DNA of 19,090 bases, from contig JANKJI020000002.1 in assembly GCA_024626585.2 (NCBI GenBank), positions 271,370,649 to 271,389,738 of the forward strand, given 5' to 3'. The notes under the pieces are model-generated. The model was not told the DNA's origin and ran no database searches. It saw nothing but the letters and a program-made list of their open reading frames with translations. The first letter of the stretch is position 1, and the number at the start of each line of letters is the position of its first letter. Positions 1-9,655 of the stretch are shown here, piece after piece. A program made the translations under genes and the position numbers. Source of the stretch: Ginkgo biloba (Eukaryota; Plantae; Ginkgophyta).

Positions 1-2
1 AC

Positions 3-347
3 AAGTTGAAGTATCAGAAGATTGGATCGTGTTAGGTGACCAAGAAAATATATGAGAATGCATATGAGGTAAATTTGTGTGAGGATTTGGATATATCAAC
101 AGTGTTCAAGGTTGTTGATTTGTATAGGTACCACGGAGATGAGGAGCCAAAAGTGGAACTAGAAGATTGGCAACAATATGTACTAAGGAAGAAAAAGGAA
201 AGACTTACAAAAGTATTGGATCGAAAGGTAGCCAAAACCAAAAGTGAAAGCTACAATAGATACTTGGTCTAATTGGATGGATTACCACCCAAGGACAGTA
301 CTTGGATCACCGATGAATAACTCAAGAAGATTCATTATCCGAAGTGA
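3..347 (+). pseudogene. Degenerate Ty3/gypsy (chromovirus) pol 3' end: integrase C-terminal GPY/F region plus chromodomain
   Basis: Frame 3 reads KLKYQKIGSC*VTKKIYENAYEVNLCEDLDISTVFKVVDLYRYHG, matching the gypsy integrase tail pattern KL..KKIGP..I.KKI..NAY.V.LP....IS.VFNV.DL. It continues VLDRKVAKTKSESYNRYLV*LDGLPPKDSTWITDE*LKK, a chromodomain-like YLVKW.G.P..DSTW motif. In-frame stops at 33-35, 270-272 and 318-320. Confidence 0.9.
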
Positions 348-394
348 AGAAAATTCGAGGACCAACACTTATAAGAGGACTTGCAAATTTTTAC

Positions 395-407
395 AAGGAA
401 GGGAAGA
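395..407 (+). promoter_or_regulatory. Polypurine tract (PPT) of the chromovirus
   Basis: AAGGAAGGGAAGA (all purines) about 50 bp after the chromodomain stop, immediately followed by TGATAC. Confidence 0.65.
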
Positions 408-1450
408 TGATACAACTCAAGTTTCTCCCCAAAGAATGGAGTCAACATGCATACAAATCCTCCCTTCCTCAAATCCTGATAGGCATACAATTCCATGGAG
501 AAGAAACCTCGAAGGGAAAGGATCCCAACATGGAGGGATCCATCTCAATCATATGTTGCAAATCACGAGCAATATGCAAGAAGCCCAAGTATTTGAAGAT
601 CAGAGAGTTGGCATGGAATCACTTTGGGGAGAAAATCGAGTTGAGTGGACTCGATAGGAGAGTGAAGTTGGATTAATGAATGGATTCATGTCCAGACATG
701 TTCTAAGGAAGGTCATTCAAGAATTCAAAGATCTAGGAAGAAGAGGTGAACACTTGGTTCGTTCACACCTTGCAGACCCAAAAGGAGAAGTAAACTCCAG
801 TGAAGGGAAAGCCTCAGATCNNNNNNNNNNNNNNNNACTTTGAAGGTGATACTCAGAATTTGGGTTTTGAGAGATTTGGCAAGGTGCAAGGCATCACAAA
901 AGGAGGAAATCCATAAAATATTATAGGACAAAAAGGAGGACAAGTGGCATGGTCATAGTCATGCACTAACTTTTCAACAACAACCATATACAAGCAATCT
1001 CAATACATACTCATGCACATTAAGCATAGAATATTCTAGCAATCATTGCATGTGTTAGTGGCTCCTGTACAGCCAGAAGATGAATGAGGAATAGCAAGAT
1101 GCACAGCTCACCTTTGTTGCTTTTTTAAGCCATGGGAATCAGGCCCCATCAAATTATAATCTCCCAAGAAGCTCAGAGGCGTCATCAGCCACTTAAATAC
1201 AAAAGAATCAGGTTTCATTCCTTCTTGGATACCATTCAAATTTGAGGTGGAGGAATTCAAAGTTTTCAAGAATGCCACAACACACTATAAACCCAGCTCA
1301 GGAATTATCTAAGCATTAATAAAGGAAGAACCATGATCCAATTTTTCAAGCAAAAGTTGATATTCAAACTATTTATTCAAACCAATCTAGCATGATTGGG
1401 CATCAATCTTGAGTATTTAAGGAGCTTCATATAACAAGGTTTCAAAATCC
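408..1450 (+). mobile_element. Probable 3' LTR of the chromovirus (right boundary not determined)
   Basis: Starts TGAT directly after the PPT. Non-coding, with a TATA-like CTATAAA near 1286. No clear terminal CA plus TSD found, so the end coordinate is approximate. Confidence 0.45.
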
Positions 1451-2317
1451 AATAGCCAATTGGTGAAAGTTGTTTGTACAAAATGGACAAATTAGTGAAA
1501 CTTTGAAGCTTTGTCAAGCAAAAAATGCAAAGTGTAAAATAGCTTGACACTAGCCAATTGCCTTAACAATTTAATTGAGTAAAAATTACAAATTACAAAA
1601 AGGGCCAACAATTCATATGGTATTGATGGTTGATATTTACCCATGGAGTTCAACTATTGGGATTTTGTTGGAGCTCAACACTACGTATAAAAGTGCAAAA
1701 AGGCCCAGTAGTGTAGTTAGGAAAGGTCCTATGAAAAAATAAAATGATCTGATATAGTATGAAAGCACCTTGAAGCCTCCAATGCTCTAGCTCAACTTCC
1801 ACATTAGCACATTGCCATGTGACAAGTGCCCACTTTAGCTAGCTACAAACCAAGAAATTTGAATCAAATTGTTATATAAATATATTTTGCTCAAGATATG
1901 CACACAACCAACTAGAATGGTAGTTGTATCTCAAAGCATTACAAAAGATCAATTGGACTCAAGATTGGGGGGGATTAAGGAGTTCACTTTGATTATTTAG
2001 AAGAGATCAAATGACTCAAAGATAGACACAAAAAAATGTCTTATTCTTCTTTTTCCTTCTTGAAGCTTCTTGTAAAGTGTCATAAGTTCACCCTCTTGTG
2101 GAGGCAACAACCTTGTCCACTTTGATAAGCAAATCCTTTCATGGGATATGCATAAAGTTCTATAATTTTGTGGACATAGATTTCACATTAAAGCTTGGTG
2201 CAAAAACCTTGCAGAGTGTCTTATTTTCTTTTAATAAAATCAATCTTCTTTTTGTGACCATAGCTTATCATTGTGAATTTGAATTGTGTAATTTGCTTCT
2301 GCTTGATAAGCTTTAGA

Positions 2318-2960
2318 TCATTCGTAGCTTTCCAACATGAGACTTGAGTAGTAGTGAGCATTCGTGGCTCTAGTGGAGTAGCTTGTCTCATCTGGAACTA
2401 CTCGCATGCCTCTATATCTCTAGCATCTACAAATACAATTCATTTAGAATTGCATGGGGAGGAATGTCTACATAACAATTTGTAACTTCCCTCTAGCTTC
2501 TTCTTGGTTTGTCTTAGACATTGATGGAAATTATCCATACTTAGATCTCTATTGGACATTGCTTGCTTCATGATTCAGGGTGAGATCATGTTAGTGGAAT
2601 ACTTTAATGCCTTCATAGGGACCTTGCCCCAATGCAAGATGCCTTAAAGGACAAGCTACACACTTATGAGATGGACCACTTTGAATTTTACCTAGATAGG
2701 CAATCAAAGGACTTGTAGGTAATCTCTACCTATGGACAGAATCTTCTAGGCCTCGTTGAGTCACATAATTTATTTATTTTGAATGTTTTTTCATGATTTT
2801 CTAGATCCAATGCATACATGTGTTAACCCCATGCATGCAAAGCTAATGTGGTTGACTATGTCCTTTCCACTTCGACCACTCTACCCACTGTAGTAGTGCT
2901 TCCACATATCTCCATGCCTACCATTTGCAGAACATGCCTTCATAGCCTTTAGGATCCTTG
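2318..2960 (+). pseudogene. Degenerate LINE ORF2, apurinic-like (APE) endonuclease domain
   Basis: Frameshifted translation gives IRGSSGVACLI (RGSS from 2363), RNVYITICNFPLASS, GEIMLVEYFNA (GDFNA motif, 2579), RQSKDL*VISTYGQNLLGLVESHNLFILN and NVVDYVLS (VDY at 2851). These are L1-EN/APE-family motifs in the correct order. Runs into a 100-N gap. Confidence 0.85.
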
Positions 2961-3474
2961 ACCNNNNNNNNNNNNNNNNNNNNNNNNNNNNNNNNNNNNN
3001 NNNNNNNNNNNNNNNNNNNNNNNNNNNNNNNNNNNNNNNNNNNNNNNNNNNNNNNNNNNNNNNCAGTAGTTGAATTTCTCCTATAAGGATAATTGTAAAA
3101 TGAAGTAAGACTGGATTATCCCCTTGAAATTGATCACACGTTTTCGCACCTTAACTCTACAGTCTATTCAGCACCAAGTGATTACATCATATTTGTCCTT
3201 CATATCATTTTCCATTTCATAAGAATAAAACTAAAAAAAATGCTAAACCTTTATGTATTATGTAAATACTCTTTATGAATACCATTCCATTTAGAATAAG
3301 TTTTGTATTATAGGATTTAGGGAGTTAACCCTTCAAATAGAGAAGGAAGTTTACCTCCCCTTCTATTTCCACTTTCATAACATTGTCTATAAGGTGATAT
3401 GGTCAAAGTTATTCTTTATCAGTGTTACACAAAACATAGACAATAGAATTCCAAGATTACATTTTAAAATTCAA

Positions 3475-3964
3475 GAGTACTTATATATTCTTAGGCCCAA
3501 GAAGTAAGGCATATTGTCTCTACGAAGGGTCGACATTGTTTGCTTACTAAAAGATAAACCCGAGCCATTTTGGAGGAACCTTATGCCACACAAGCCCTCT
3601 TTTCATTTGTCTAATCTTGACACATGGTACGCTTACACTTTCACTCTCTACCACATTCCTAACCAATTCCTATGCCAAATCCACCTTGTTCCACATCCTG
3701 CCTTTCTTTACTTGAGATTGGCTCCCTAAAGCCATCTACAAATTCTAAACTGATAAAGCTAGAGACATTGACAACTTACAATCAAACTTTCTTAAACATG
3801 TTGTTGGTACACTAGCCTTACCCATAGCATACCTATTTAATGAGATTGTTTGTTCAGGCTTTCATCTTGGACCTCAAACATAATACACCCCATCTTTAAA
3901 TTAGGAGATGCTTTAGATCTTGTGAATTGTCATGTTGTCATGATTGGCCATACTTTAGCGAAGT
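3475..3964 (+). pseudogene. Degenerate LINE ORF2, linker and N-terminal RT (domains 0-1)
   Basis: LLKDKPEPFWRNL...DTWYAY, then KAIYKF*TDKARDIDNLQSNFLKH...LALPIAYLFNEIVCSGF / SWTSNIIHPIFKLGDALDLVNCHVVMIGHTLAK. This matches non-LTR RT consensus K(A)PG.D...LFN...P..W....I.PI.K.GD......YR.I. Confidence 0.88.
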
Positions 3965-4097
3965 TGATCCATTTTCGGATTATAGAGTAGTTCCCTCAAT
4001 TGTAGAACAATCATCTTTCAAGCTTCCTAGAGACTGAGGTGAAGACGTTCCTTGTTAAAATGTTGAACTCTCGTTCGTCCTGGATGAAAAGGCACTT

Positions 4098-4410
4098 CCT
4101 TGTTCGACTAGGGAGGAAAAAGCATCTAGGAAGGAACACCAAGGAAGGCAGGACCCAGTTGTAACCTTGTCCTAGGTGAGAAAGTGCGTCCTTGTTCGAC
4201 CAGGGAGGAAAAGGCATCTAGGAAGGAACACCAAGGTAGATGGGACCCAGCTGCAACCTTGTCTTGGGTTATAAAGTGAGTCCTTGTTCGACCAGGGAGG
4301 AAAAGGCATCCAGGAAGGAACACCAAGGAAGGCAAGACCCAGCTGCAACCTTGTCTTGGGTGACAAAGTTCATCCTTGTTCGACTAGAGGAAAAAGGCGC
4401 CCAGGAAGGA
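4098..4410. repeat. 92-bp tandem repeat, about 3.4 copies
   Basis: CCTTGTTCGAC recurs at 4098, 4190, 4282 and 4374. The unit includes AGGAAGGAACACCAAGG and CAACCTTGTC/TAACCTTGTC. Confidence 0.92.
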
Positions 4411-4426
4411 AAAATTAATAAAGGAT

Positions 4427-5015
4427 AGAAGGTGAGATCCACGAGGGAGATGTCCTGGCCGCGAAGTGTCTCTTGGCTAACCCTAGAAGAAAGGTGAGAC
4501 CCAGGAGGGAGACATCTTGGTTGCGAAGTGTCTCCTCGCTGACCCAAGAAGAAAGGCGAGATCTAGGAGGGAGATGTTTTGGCTACAAAGTGTCTCCTGG
4601 CTGACCCAGGAAGAAAGGCGAGACCCAAGAGGGAGATGTCCTGGCCGCAATAGTGTCTCTTGGTTGACCTANNNNNNNNNNNNNNNNNNNNNNNNNNNNN
4701 NNNNNNNNNNNNNNNNNNNNNNNNNNNNNNNNNNNNNNNNNNNNNNNNNNNNNNNNNNNNNNNNNNNNNNNNNNNNNNNNNNNNNNNNNNNNNNNNNNNN
4801 NNNNNNNNNNNNNNNNNNNNNNNNNNNNNNNNNNNNNNNNNNNNNNNNNNNNNNNNNNNNNNNNNNNNNNNNNNNNNNNNNNNNNNNNNGGAAAGAACGT
4901 ACACCCAAGAAGGACACCTCCTGGCTACGGTACTACTTGACTGACCCAAGAAGAGAGGCGAACCCAAGACGGATACGTCCTAGCCGCGATAGAGTGTCCT
5001 AGATGACCCAAGGAG
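4427..5015. repeat. ~62-bp tandem repeat (4 copies before the gap, ~2 diverged copies after)
   Basis: GGGAGATGTCCTGGCCGCGAAGTGTCTC-like core at ~4445, ~4507, ~4570 and ~4631. Related units occur at 4890-5015 after the N run. Confidence 0.85.
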
Positions 5016-5282
5016 GAACAATGCCTCAATATGGAAAGTGAGCCCCGGGAGGAAAGCCAATAAGTGAGAGGAAGCGAGCCCTTCTCTTGGCTTCGGTAGC
5101 TTCCTGAAGCGATCAAGGAGAAAAAGGGGATCCAAGGAGAGCACCCGAAAGATTCTACAAAGCAGTTCAACTTCCTTCGACAGTTGCGAAACTGAACGAG
5201 GGAAAAAGGAAAGAACATGCCAAGCAGAAGAAGAACAGAGAGAGATAGAGAAGAGGAGACAAAGCAAAAGGAGAAGAAGAAC

Positions 5283-5302
5283 AGAGAGAGAGAGAGAGAG
5301 AG
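5283..5302. repeat. (AG)10 microsatellite in a purine-rich tract
   Basis: Direct read. AGAAGAAGAACAGAGAGAGA occurs at both ~5226 and ~5272. Confidence 0.9.
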
Positions 5303-5653
5303 TCGTTTTGAGACGGAAGAGCTCCACTCCATTGTTGACGTGAAATTTTTGTGTAAAGCCTTGTGAGTTGCATCTCAAGACAGAGGCATAGGCACACGAA
5401 GTTGAAATCTCTTGCTAAGAGAAAGTCTTTTAATACCATTCTGGAGTTTAATTTCCCATGAGGGTTTCTCCAATTGAAAATCTAGTTGTATCTGTGTAAA
5501 CATTTGTGTGTGTTCCAATTTCTTTGTTCTTGAATTTCTAGATTCAAGTGTTAGGATTGCATGCATGATTCAGACACAGACTTAAATTAAGAAATGAGAA
5601 TTTGCAGTTATTTACATTGGGAGATTTTGACTCATCCACTGAGATACAGATTA

Positions 5654-5983
5654 GAAGCTCTACTCTACTATTTTGGGACAGAGAGGTCGAAGAGTTAAGG
5701 GGCTAATGGGTTTCCACAGAGAGCATTAGACTCTTGGTCATATTCTTACACTCAGAGCTATCATTGAGGAGGCAGGGGAATGACATTCAAAAGTCTATTG
5801 TTGCTTTGTTAGAATTTTGAAAAGCTTTTGATACAATACTATGACTTCTACTCATGGAGAGACCTCGTAAATTGGTTGTTCCAAGTATCATCATCACTCT
5901 AATTACTATGTTATATGAGTAGGTAGTGGGATGTGTCTGTATTGCATAGGGATTGTCCTAAGAAATTCTAATCACTGTAGAGG
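5654..5983 (+). pseudogene. Degenerate LINE ORF2, RT core (domains 2-3)
   Basis: KLYSTILGQR..RVKGLMGFHREH*TLGHILTLRAIIEEAGE*HSKVYCCFV/(D)F*KAFDTIL*LLLMER...ITMLYE*VVG. This corresponds to QAGFR...T.DH...FVDFRKAFD. It stops just before the expected GV.QG..LSP motif. Confidence 0.9.
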
Positions 5984-6360
5984 TGTTGACATGACTTTGC
6001 TGATGTCATATTTGTTTGCATATTTGCCCAGGGTTGGGCGGCTTGTCCCACCCGTACTCACCTGTTGGATGCTTATTTTTTGTTCTTGTAGGCCCTACTT
6101 CTCTCCCGAACCCTCGGGCTTAAGGAGACTCTTTCGTCATTGTTATTTTACCTCGTTTTTCATTATATTTCTCCAAAAAAGATTTTGAAACCATTTAGCC
6201 CCTTTTAGTGAGAACTTAGGGTCATATCGAGGATGCATGTGACTAAAAGCATATCTTACTCAATACACATACATCATCAAATTAGTTCATGGGGATGCAT
6301 GTGACTGAAATTCATAAGTGAGGATGAAGGGAAAAGTATTGATGATACTCAATGCAGGCA
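5984..6360. mobile_element. Putative LTR fragment truncating the LINE
   Basis: Starts TGTTGAC exactly where LINE homology ends. Contains GGATGCATGTGACT twice (6231, 6293). The other end is not identified. Confidence 0.4.
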
Positions 6361-6363
6361 AGT

Positions 6364-6651
6364 GCCTCTTGCAACAAGAGCTTGATCCGAAGTTTCTTCT
6401 TCGTCTTGGTTCTTGTTTCTTAATTCCTCCTGCATCAAAAGTCTTGCCAATTCCTCAAATGTTACAGTCCCGTCTGAAACAGACAGTGAAGTAACAAAGC
6501 TTTTATATGAGGTTGATAGACTGTTGAATGCAAATGCAACGATCTCCCCATCTTCGATCTTAGTTCCAATTGTTGCTCGTTAATCTCTAACATCTTTTAA
6601 TCTTAAAAGATGGTCTTCAATTTGATCACCTTTGTTCATCTTCATACTGTA
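6364..6651 (-). pseudogene. Ty1/copia gag fragment (UBN2/Retrotran_gag_2-like)
   Basis: Minus-strand single frame: YSMKMNKGDQIEDHLLRLKDVRD*RATIGTKIEDGEIVAFAFNSLSTSYKSFVTSLSVSDGTVTFEELARLLMQEELRNKNQDEEETSDQALVARG. This fits the copia gag pattern L.SLP.SY..FV.SL......TF.EL...L..EE.R...AL.AR. One stop; bounded by a gap. Confidence 0.9.
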
Positions 6652-6754
6652 CNNNNNNNNNNNNNNNNNNNNNNNNNNNNNNNNNNNNNNNNNNNNNNNN
6701 NNNNNNNNNNNNNNNNNNNNNNNNNNNNNNNNNNNNNNNNNNNNNNNNNNNNTT

Positions 6755-7915
6755 CCAATTAATAGAATCACTCTTTTTAACAAAAAAAAAGAAGGTAATC
6801 ATTTTAGCCATCTTTGGTCAGGTAACCAAAGAAACCTGATCTTGAAAGTTATTGTAAAGTAGTTTAGTTTACCTACAACTAAACACCTAACTACCTACAC
6901 TATATGATGGTTAAAGAAAGATGTAGAGCACACCATCTCCAAAGATTTTATTAACGCAATAAATCATGATGTAGTGCCTCTTGATATATGTGGAGTTATA
7001 TTTGGAAGTCCTTACTTATGGAATATATAAGATGACTTTAAGATGAGACTTAATCATTATACACTAATTAAAGATAACTAAGGTTATGTAATTAGAGCTA
7101 AGAAAAATCAAGAGCTAATTTTTTAAATAATAAGCTAAGAGGTTTGTCAATGCTTCTAGGGTGTTTGTTTTGTTAAACTTAAGAACCACATAGGTTCAAT
7201 CTACAAATAAGAATGGTGCACGTAGAATCATTCAAAATGCAAAGCAACAAGGACAACATAATAGCATATTGCATAAGTATGATGATGTCTTCAAGGATCA
7301 TGGAGGAATGCCTCCTAAAAGAGCCATTGAACACAGTATTGAGTTACAACAAGGAGTAGTAATCCGAAACACAACTCTTTATAGGAGATCAATCTTGGAG
7401 AATGAGGAGATAAAGAGCTGGCTCTGAGAACTGTTGAACAAATGACATATGAATCCTAAAACTCCATCTTGTGGATCTTTAATAGTTTGGTCCTCAAGAT
7501 AGATGGAATGTGGAGGATGTGTGCTGACTACAGAGCCCTTTACAGATCATAGTGAAGAATAGGTATCCTTTGCCAAGGATAGAGGAATGGCTTGACCAAC
7601 CCCAAGGAGAAAGATTCTTTAGCAAGATAGACCTCAACTCTAGTAACAATCAAGTTAGGACTAAGGGAGGCTCATGGAAGATTGCCTTCAAAACAAGGCA
7701 AGGACTTTTTGATTGGATGGCCATGCCATTTGGATTTACCATTCTACCCGCATGCTTCATGAGGTTAATGAATGAGGTATTAAGACCTTATTTATACTCC
7801 TTTGTCATTGTCTATTTAGATGATGTAGAAATATGTAGAAAGTCATGGGAGGAACATTGGAAGCACATTGAGAGAGTGCTTGAACCATTAAAGAAGGAGA
7901 AACTCAAAGCAAACA
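6755..7915 (+). pseudogene. Degenerate Ty3/gypsy pol: aspartic protease and reverse transcriptase
   Basis: Protease-like SGNQRNLI...LPTTKH..TYTI*WLKKD...DVVPLDICGVIFGSPYLW; then MPPKRAIEHSIEL, WRMCADYRAL, KNRYPLPRIEE, FSKIDL, AFKTRQGLF..MPFG and catalytic YLDD at 7813-7824. Several stops and frameshifts. Confidence 0.95.
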
Positions 7916-9655
7916 TCTGCACTATCTTCTGATAGTGATTACTCAAACTAAAATCGGCTTTAAAATTTGCACTATCTTTTGGTAGGGATTATGGTGTCAT
8001 ATGATGGCTAATTTTCACGCTCCTTATATGAATTCAGGGTAGGAGAATTTGAATGTTTTGAATATTCAATTTTTTTTTAGAAATTCACAACTTTGGTGTT
8101 GAACATTTCACAATTATAGTTGCAACCTCATAAATAACTCCAAAACCCTAACTGACGTTGTGTTGAGTCTGTTGAAACATGAAGTTNNNNNNNNNNNNNN
8201 NNNNNNNNNNNNNNNNNNNNNNNNNNNNNNNNNNNNNNNNNNNNNNNNNNNNNNNNNNNNNNNNNNNNNNNNNNNNNNNNNNNNNNAGGAATAGTAAGAA
8301 TAAAATAATAATAAAAGGAAGTAGTTCCAACAAGCAATGAAGTATTCAAGAAATATTATTTGTTCATTGGTTACAAACAAAGAGGTTGCCCATAGCTCAA
8401 TAAGCGAACGGAGGCAAGTGGCGTCAACAAATGACAACGAGCAAATAAAACTTTATAAAGCTTTGCCAGAGTACCCTAAATTATGTGCATAGACATAAGA
8501 ATATGAAGAGGACCTCAATTTCAGGAGAAAATGTTGTCATAAATTCAAGATGTTGTGAAGTGGCTGCTGTCAGAAATAGGTGGAACAACAATAGAAGTAG
8601 AGAAAAATGACCAGATGATGAATCCGCTTATTGGCTAGAAGTGAGATTTGCGCGAAGTAGATGAGCCGAGGTGAGAAGAAGGAAAAAAAGGGAAAGCCCA
8701 ATTGAAGAAATGCCAACATATGTTGAGCTTGAAATTGAATTACAAAAGACATCACAAACACAAAGAAAATGCATAAAGAGGATACCAAAGATCAGAAGTT
8801 TGAATAAGAAAAGGTGTTGCAGATGAAGGAGCTATTGAGGAAACGGACCAACTTCTTGTTATGGTTGTTCGCTACAGTAACGTTGTTTGTTTTTCAAAGA
8901 AGAACAAGTGTTTGTCACACAACAATAATTATTGTCAGTTTGTTGAAGGAATTCGTCCATTTTCCTCAATCTTCATTTGATTATTTTAGCCATTTGTTAA
9001 ATTGTTGTTGCCTGTTCGCTGAACTTTTGTTGGCCATTTGCCGAAATCATATACACTGTTCGTTGCGTATTAGAGACTCATTTGTTGATAGTTAATTAGC
9101 CCAAGTTAGCCTTAATTATGGGGTGTACCCTTTTAATTGTAACATCACCTCCTTTAAGGCTGATAACCTTTTGACATGTATTTATTAAGCCATTTTGAGG
9201 CAAAAGCATCCATAAATTAAATGTAAACATATATCTAAAGTAATATACATATTTCTCATGTTTCTTATTAGAACTAGTGCATGTTTCAGTTCTGTGATAG
9301 TAAGCTTTTGATTGTATGAGAGTCATTTTTTTAGTAAATTGCTTTCATGACTTACACATAATTGTTGTTATGATTTTGATTGTGCATGATTAGACTTGGA
9401 GTTCTAGTCATCACGGTCAATGGTTCTAACCACTCTAACGCAAAGTTGTTGGTGAGAGCAATAGCCTCATTGTTAGGTCATAGTGGTACTCCGTTGACTG
9501 TGATGACTCCATTGTTGTGAAGTTCACTGTGGTAGCAACAACGCCCTCTATCTAAGCCTATTCTAAGGCTATTTTATGCTAAATTTGGGTCTCTTAACTC
9601 AAGGGAACTTGGCCAAGAGCTCTCCTAGCTCTTAGTTGTGACTCAGGGTCATAAC

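Larger units (their letters stand above)
3965..5653. mobile_element. Solo-LTR-like insertion (~1.7 kb including a 218-N gap) inside the LINE RT
   Basis: Begins TGATC (3965) and ends GATTA (5649-5653; one change from the inverted GATCA). Flanked by 5-bp GAAGT (3960-3964) and GAAGC (5654-5658). Removing it restores LINE frame HTLAK-LYSTIL. No retroelement coding motifs seen inside. Confidence 0.8.

Noticed and set aside
244-676. ORFs 244-657 and 344-676 as genes
   Set aside because: They overlap the chromodomain, PPT and LTR start in other frames and have no recognisable motif.
1500-2315. Possible coding relic on the minus strand (KDLLIKVDKVVASTRG...)
   Set aside because: Short, stop-interrupted and without any recognisable motif.
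4011-5566. Cluster of overlapping ORFs; CRISPR-like periodicity
   Set aside because: ORFs are by-products of tandem repeats, AG microsatellite and N runs. The repeats are contiguous with no unique spacers, there are no cas genes, and the context is eukaryotic.
6372-6381. CAACA|AGAGC as the right end and TSD of the TGTTG element starting at 5984 (left flank AGAGG)
   Set aside because: These bases encode ALVAR of the copia gag on the minus strand, and LINE sequence does not resume after them; likely coincidence.
7920-7926. CACTA motif as a CACTA-transposon TIR
   Set aside because: Lacks the usual CACTACAAGAAA-type continuation, has no distant inverted partner or 3-bp TSD, and the RT breakpoint lies 4 nt earlier.
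8143-8151. Telo-box AAACCCTAA
   Set aside because: Single 9-mer with no associated gene; plausible by chance in AT-rich DNA.
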